In this document: piece after piece, positions 46,092 through 50,354 of the stretch
Layout of the letters: each line of letters opens with the position of its first letter
How positions within the stretch are numbered: the stretch's first letter is position 1
Assembly (NCBI GenBank): GCA_038824665.1
Contig: JAWBBK010000002.1
Location: forward strand, 1 to 50,354
DNA: 50,354 nt
Direction: 5' to 3'
Source of the DNA: Acidilobaceae archaeon
GTDB taxonomy: Archaea > Thermoproteota > Thermoprotei_A > Sulfolobales > Acidilobaceae
Program-made: the position numbers and the translations under genes
The notes under the pieces: generated by a model
Database searches by the model: none
Told to the model about the DNA's origin: nothing
Seen by the model: only the letters and a program-made list of their open reading frames with translations

Positions 46092-46343
46092 TTGCCAGTA
46101 AAGGTAGAGATAAACCCTAGAGCCTCTTGTATTTCCGATATGGTGTGCGTCGTTCTCTGTCCAGAAGTCTTTACTATTGAAAGAAACGATGGGAAAGTAG
46201 CGGTAAGGAAAGAGTTCAGAACCGAAGAGAACGATCCTTCTAAAGGAGAGATTAGTGACGACTTAGCCTATTGTGTCGAAGCGGCAACCGAGAACTGTCC
46301 TGTAGAGATAATAAAGGTGATCAGGAACGAAAGCCGTTCTTAA
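46092..46343 (+). CDS. Monocluster ferredoxin
   Basis: CISDMVC...CPEVF...CPVEII. Confidence 0.88.
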   Translation: MPVKVEINPRASCISDMVCVVLCPEVFTIERNDGKVAVRKEFRTEENDPSKGEISDDLAYCVEAATENCPVEIIKVIRNESRS

Positions 46344-47112
46344 GAACATCAAAGACTTCGATAGACTGTTCTACCCTGTAGTTCCACTGATAGTTCTCGC
46401 TGAGCTAGACAACACGATAGGAGCTATGGTGGTCACTTGGTGGACTGCAGCTTCTTACGATCCTCCTAGAATGGTCTTTTCGCTCGCTCCAGAAAGGTTT
46501 ACTTATAGATTGATACTTGAGTCTAAGAAGTTCGGAGTATCGGCTGTCAGCATCGATCATATTCAAAAGCTTCTCTATTTAGGCGATTTCTCAAGCAGGT
46601 TCGTCAGAAACAAGGTGGAGAGATCAGGTTTCACAATATCTCGAGGTTCGGTTCTCGGAGCTCCTCTAATAGAAGAAGCTTATGCATCAGCAGAGCTAGA
46701 ACTCTGGAAAGTAATTGACGTTGGCGATCACGACCTGGTTGTAGGAGAGGTGAGAGCAGTTTACGGACTTCCTTCTTTTGATGGAGTCTGGAAGATCGAG
46801 GAGTCTAAACCGATACTCTACTTAGGCAGATTGAGAGCAACAGAACTCAAGAGAGCTTACGTGAATTTAGAGAATGCAAAAACAGCGGTAGTAGAAGTAA
46901 AATATGAGAAAGACCTAGAAGAAGCGAGAGAACTCAGAAGAAGACTAATGGATGAAGTGCTCTCGGCTGTAGAGACTTCTGAAGCGGAAGAAAAGACTAT
47001 GAAGAGGATCGCTGAGATAGCTTCGAGATACGGTCTAAGTTCAGGAGATGTGCCCTATCTTTTGAAAGAGGCTCTGAAGAGATTAAAGATAACTTCAAGA
47101 ATTCCTAGATAG
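46327..47112 (+). CDS. Flavin reductase-like protein (frame extends upstream of ATG 46426)
   Basis: RLFYP.VP.IV upstream of the ORF-track start; M..TW...S..PP, GDHDLVVGEV and PILYLG motifs. Confidence 0.8.
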   Translation, partial: TKAVLKNIKDFDRLFYPVVPLIVLAELDNTIGAMVVTWWTAASYDPPRMVFSLAPERFTYRLILESKKFGVSAVSIDHIQKLLYLGDFSSRFVRNKVERSGFTISRGSVLGAPLIEEAYASAELELWKVIDVGDHDLVVGEVRAVYGLPSFDGVWKIEESKPILYLGRLRATELKRAYVNLENAKTAVVEVKYEKDLEEARELRRRLMDEVLSAVETSEAEEKTMKRIAEIASRYGLSSGDVPYLLKEALKRLKITSRIPR

Positions 47113-47136
47113 AGTCTAAAGAACTTTAAGACAACA

Positions 47137-47928
47137 TTATCTTCTTAGGTTTCTCAAGTAGAAGTACGTTCCAACGAAAATCATAACAACACTCAATATA
47201 AAGAGCTTAACGAACAACTCTAAAGGCTCTCGAGCAGGAGCTAGCTCTTGAGGTAATAGAGTGTACCTATAGATGTCAGCAGCTAAAGAGACCGGATTGT
47301 TTTCAGCTAGCGTTACCAAAACCTGAGGAAATCTAGCGCTCAAAGCTTGAGGAGGATAGAATACTGTAGACAAGAAGAAAAAGAAGAAATAGACGATGCT
47401 TCTAATAGTTACATGGACGTCCAAGTTCTTAGTCAGTGTGGAAAGAGCGATCGAGAAACTCGACATAGAAGCCGTTAGGAGAACTGAAGTTAAGAACAAA
47501 AGCGGTAACAGATGTGGCTTATCCACTCCTGTAACCATTAAGACTGCAATTAAGATCGGTGTTTGATATATGAGTCCTCTCAATACGCCTCCTAGAACTC
47601 TTCCAAAAGCTAGCTCTATTCTACTTAGAGGAAGGCTTAGCAGATATAGATGAACTTCTCTTCTCAGCTCCATCATTACCTCTCTGCCTATAGTAAATGC
47701 TGATGCGAAAGCGGCAATGGCAGCAATTCCTGGAGCTAAGAACAAGAAATAGTTAGGAATTATCTCTTTTCTCACAAGTCCGCTTATCAGAAAAGCGAAA
47801 ACGAAAAGGTCAGCCAAGTTGGCAGCCATGAGTCCCGCTATCCACCACTTGTATTTTAAAAACCTGTAGAAGTCTCTCAGGCTGACCACGGCTATCCTAT
47901 AGACAGCGTTGTTCTTGTCGGTAATCAC
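47137..47928 (-). CDS. ABC-2 type exporter permease
   Basis: Six TMs, FLAPGI, LLSLPLSR, FLSTVFYP and NP motifs. Confidence 0.9.
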   Translation of the reverse strand: MITDKNNAVYRIAVVSLRDFYRFLKYKWWIAGLMAANLADLFVFAFLISGLVRKEIIPNYFLFLAPGIAAIAAFASAFTIGREVMMELRREVHLYLLSLPLSRIELAFGRVLGGVLRGLIYQTPILIAVLMVTGVDKPHLLPLLFLTSVLLTASMSSFSIALSTLTKNLDVHVTIRSIVYFFFFFLSTVFYPPQALSARFPQVLVTLAENNPVSLAADIYRYTLLPQELAPAREPLELFVKLFILSVVMIFVGTYFYLRNLRR

Positions 47929-48719
47929 CTACTATAACCTCCTTCAGCTCTTCTATCCATAAATATAACGGCTATGGAGAAAGTGGTTATAGCAAAGCCT
48001 ATTATGTATGCGGTCATCAACCAAGGGCTAACTAGAGGAGGAGACCCTACTTCTTTTGAGAAGAGAAAGCGAATTAAGTCAGCCAAATGGGATATAGGAT
48101 TACCTAGAGCGATGTAGTAATATATAACGAAAGAAGCTATTGTGATAGCCGGATAGAAGGCAGTGCTTAGCCTTATCGCTAGAGAGTCTATAGTTCCCAT
48201 TATCACATCGAGCTTTTCACTAGCTCGGAGCGCGAGAGCTAAAGCCATAGACCAACTCGTTAATCCTAGAGCGAATATGAGGGAGAGCAGGAGCAGAGCT
48301 AAGTACGAGAGAACGTTGCTCTTCAAAACATAGGCTAGCGCGAAGCTCATAGGCAATGAGAGAAGGAAAACGGCTACTCCTCCACCAAGTACTCTGCCTA
48401 GTGCCAACACTCTTCTCGGAATAGGTAGCGATAAGTGATAGTTGATCACTCCATCTTCAAACTCTTCTATTATATCGTAGCCGTGAAGCGCAGATAAAGA
48501 GAATATAACGGCTACATAAGAGCCTACTATATAAAATTTGTAGTAGTCAAAACCAGGGGCGATCTTAGCGGAATCTACCATATATGAAAGTATATACCCT
48601 AATAGAAGGACTTGAAAGATAAACCAGGAAAACCTCATAGCTAAAAAGAATTTGTATTTACTCAGCTTCCTCACATCCCAAAGCATCACTATGATAAGCT
48701 GTCTGAAGGTCTCTAACAC
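47925..48719 (-). CDS. ABC-2 type exporter permease
   Basis: Six TMs, LSLPIPR, LSTAFYP and NPISH motifs. Confidence 0.9.
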   Translation of the reverse strand: MLETFRQLIIVMLWDVRKLSKYKFFLAMRFSWFIFQVLLLGYILSYMVDSAKIAPGFDYYKFYIVGSYVAVIFSLSALHGYDIIEEFEDGVINYHLSLPIPRRVLALGRVLGGGVAVFLLSLPMSFALAYVLKSNVLSYLALLLLSLIFALGLTSWSMALALALRASEKLDVIMGTIDSLAIRLSTAFYPAITIASFVIYYYIALGNPISHLADLIRFLFSKEVGSPPLVSPWLMTAYIIGFAITTFSIAVIFMDRRAEGGYSR

Positions 48720-48720
48720 C

Positions 48721-49677
48721 TTAGCGAACCTCCTCTTTTAGGCTAGCTCCTGTGTAGTAGAAGAAGACATCGTCTAACGTGGGCTCTTTCAGAGAAGCTC
48801 TTCTAACTCTCAACTTAAGACTTTCTAATAAGGCTACAGCATTAGCCAAAACCTCTTCACCTTTGTTTACATAAAGTCTAACTAAATTCCCATCGATCTT
48901 CACATCGAAGACTCCGAGCTTTTCTTTAAATAGCTCTTTAATGTCTGAGTCCAAAACTCTTTCTAGCTCTAGCTCAACTACATCGCCTCCAGGTATTCCA
49001 TCTTTTAACTGAGCCACAGTGCCTAGGGCTTTCAGCTTGCCTTTGTGGATGATACCTATCCTTTCAGCTAGTCTCTCTGCCTCGTTCATGTCGTTAGTGG
49101 CTATAATTATGGTCGAGCCCTCTTTCTTCATTTCAATTATTTTCTTCCAAACAACGTGTCTGGCTATCACATCTAGCTGAGCTGTGGGTTCATCGAAGAT
49201 AGCTACTTTAGGTCTTTGGATTAAGACTTTAGCCACCTCTATCTTCTTTCTAGACCCTCCGCTCAACTCGCTCATCATCTTTCTTCTATGTTCCCAAAGT
49301 CCTAGCTCTTCCATGATCTCTCTGACTACTCTCTTTGCGTCTCCTAAGCTATAGCCTACGGCAAGAGCATGCCATAGTAATATATCGTAGGCGGTGTCCA
49401 TCCATAAAGCCTTAGGATCTTGAAACGCTATTCCTATAAGCTTTCTAACCTTGTCACCTTCTTTCAATACACTATGTCCGTATACAAAAACGTCTCCACT
49501 CGTTGGCTTGTAGACTGTAGAGATGATTAATAGAGTGGTAGTCTTACCGGACCCGTTTGGTCCTAGGAGGACGAAGAGTTCGTTGTCGAATATGTCCAAA
49601 TCTAGATCATCAACAGCTGTAACGTTGCCGAACTTTTTAACTAACTTTCTAATCACTATAGCTGGCTCGTTTCTCAT
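48721..49677 (-). CDS. ABC exporter ATP-binding subunit (DrrA-like)
   Basis: GPNGSGKT, LSGG, FDEPT and PTLDDVF motifs. Confidence 0.95.
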   Translation of the reverse strand: MRNEPAIVIRKLVKKFGNVTAVDDLDLDIFDNELFVLLGPNGSGKTTTLLIISTVYKPTSGDVFVYGHSVLKEGDKVRKLIGIAFQDPKALWMDTAYDILLWHALAVGYSLGDAKRVVREIMEELGLWEHRRKMMSELSGGSRKKIEVAKVLIQRPKVAIFDEPTAQLDVIARHVVWKKIIEMKKEGSTIIIATNDMNEAERLAERIGIIHKGKLKALGTVAQLKDGIPGGDVVELELERVLDSDIKELFKEKLGVFDVKIDGNLVRLYVNKGEEVLANAVALLESLKLRVRRASLKEPTLDDVFFYYTGASLKEEVR

Positions 49678-49785
49678 AGCCTTCGCCTCTCAGATCTGCT
49701 CAGAGCGGTCATAAGCGAGTTCAAACCTTAATATCACATAATAAATGCGGCTAGTTTTAATATAGAATAAGAACTGGGAGAGACT

Positions 49786-50354
49786 TTGAGGCTAGCAGGT
49801 TGGAGCACTATAGTCAAACTTGTCAAGACAGCTGACGTGGTCTTAGAGGTAGTCGATATCAGAGACCCTCTTTCTACTATGAGTAGAAAGCTTGAAAGAA
49901 TAACCAAAGCTTTTGATAAAAGTCTCCTTATCGTTTTAAATAAATGCGATTTAGTGCCAAAAGCTGTAGCCGAAGAGTGGAAGAGATATCTGGAAGATCA
50001 AGGCTATAACGTCATGTACGTCTCGGCTACACAGAGGCTGGGGACCAGAATGTTAAGAGGTTGGATTCGGTCGGTAGCGTCTTCTAAACCCTTCACTGTA
50101 GCTGTAGTAGGATACCCCAAGACTGGCAAGTCTAGTGTCATAAACGCTCTTAAAGGAAAACATAGCGCAAGCACCAGTCCGATACCCGGCAGTCCCGGAT
50201 ACACTAGGGGCTTTCAGATCTTGAAGATTGAAGAAGGTTTCTATATGATAGACACTCCTGGCATAATCCCAGCAGAAGGCAAAGGGTTAGAAGCAGTAAT
50301 AAGAGGAAGGTTACCTGAAGAACTAGAAGATCCAGTAAAACCTGCTCTTCAGCT
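49786..50354 (+). CDS. Circularly permuted YlqF/RbgA-family GTPase, truncated by window edge
   Basis: Not in ORF track. Translated from TTG 49786: DVVLEVVDIRDP, LNKCD (G4), VSA (G5), GYPKTGKSS (G1), PGYT (G2), DTPG (G3). Confidence 0.92.
   Translation, partial: MRLAGWSTIVKLVKTADVVLEVVDIRDPLSTMSRKLERITKAFDKSLLIVLNKCDLVPKAVAEEWKRYLEDQGYNVMYVSATQRLGTRMLRGWIRSVASSKPFTVAVVGYPKTGKSSVINALKGKHSASTSPIPGSPGYTRGFQILKIEEGFYMIDTPGIIPAEGKGLEAVIRGRLPEELEDPVKPALQ

Noticed and set aside
50004-50204. 66-aa minus-strand ORF
   Set aside because: Antisense to the YlqF-family GTPase.

Overview
Hyperthermophilic crenarchaeal (Thermoproteota, Desulfurococcales-like) chromosomal window. 1-6.3 kb: type I-A CRISPR-Cas locus (cas7 partial, csa5, cas6, csa3, cas4, cas2, cas1, csa1). 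It has a leader followed by only one repeat, a ~150-bp non-coding element duplicated upstream of the Cascade and adaptation operons, and a repeat-like motif between cas6 and csa5. 6.3-8.2 kb: a decayed metallopeptidase/VWA gene. 8.2-14.5 kb: ATP synthase proteolipid, gins15-priS-pcn, dph2 and rfcS-rfcL. 14.8-22.9 kb: Moco/W-co genes around a ferritin-encapsulin fusion, then archaemetzincin, archease, a PRTase and a short TFB. 23.5-37.7 kb: the most striking block, a minus-strand cluster resembling an archaeal extracellular cytochrome nanowire (ECN) locus. It encodes a beta-propeller, an 8-heme cytochrome, a secreted Lon-type protease, a surface protein, a 4-heme ECN-like subunit with a CxCH motif, a membrane protein, thioredoxin-CcdA and an enlarged CcmF. 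37.8-50.4 kb: housekeeping genes (DUF1464, TldD/PmbA, MarC, DUF429, amidohydrolase, tRNA-Ser and tRNA-Pro, Hsp20, PAC2, ferredoxin, flavin reductase, ABC-2 exporter, YlqF GTPase partial). All calls come from reading motifs by eye; no database searches were run.
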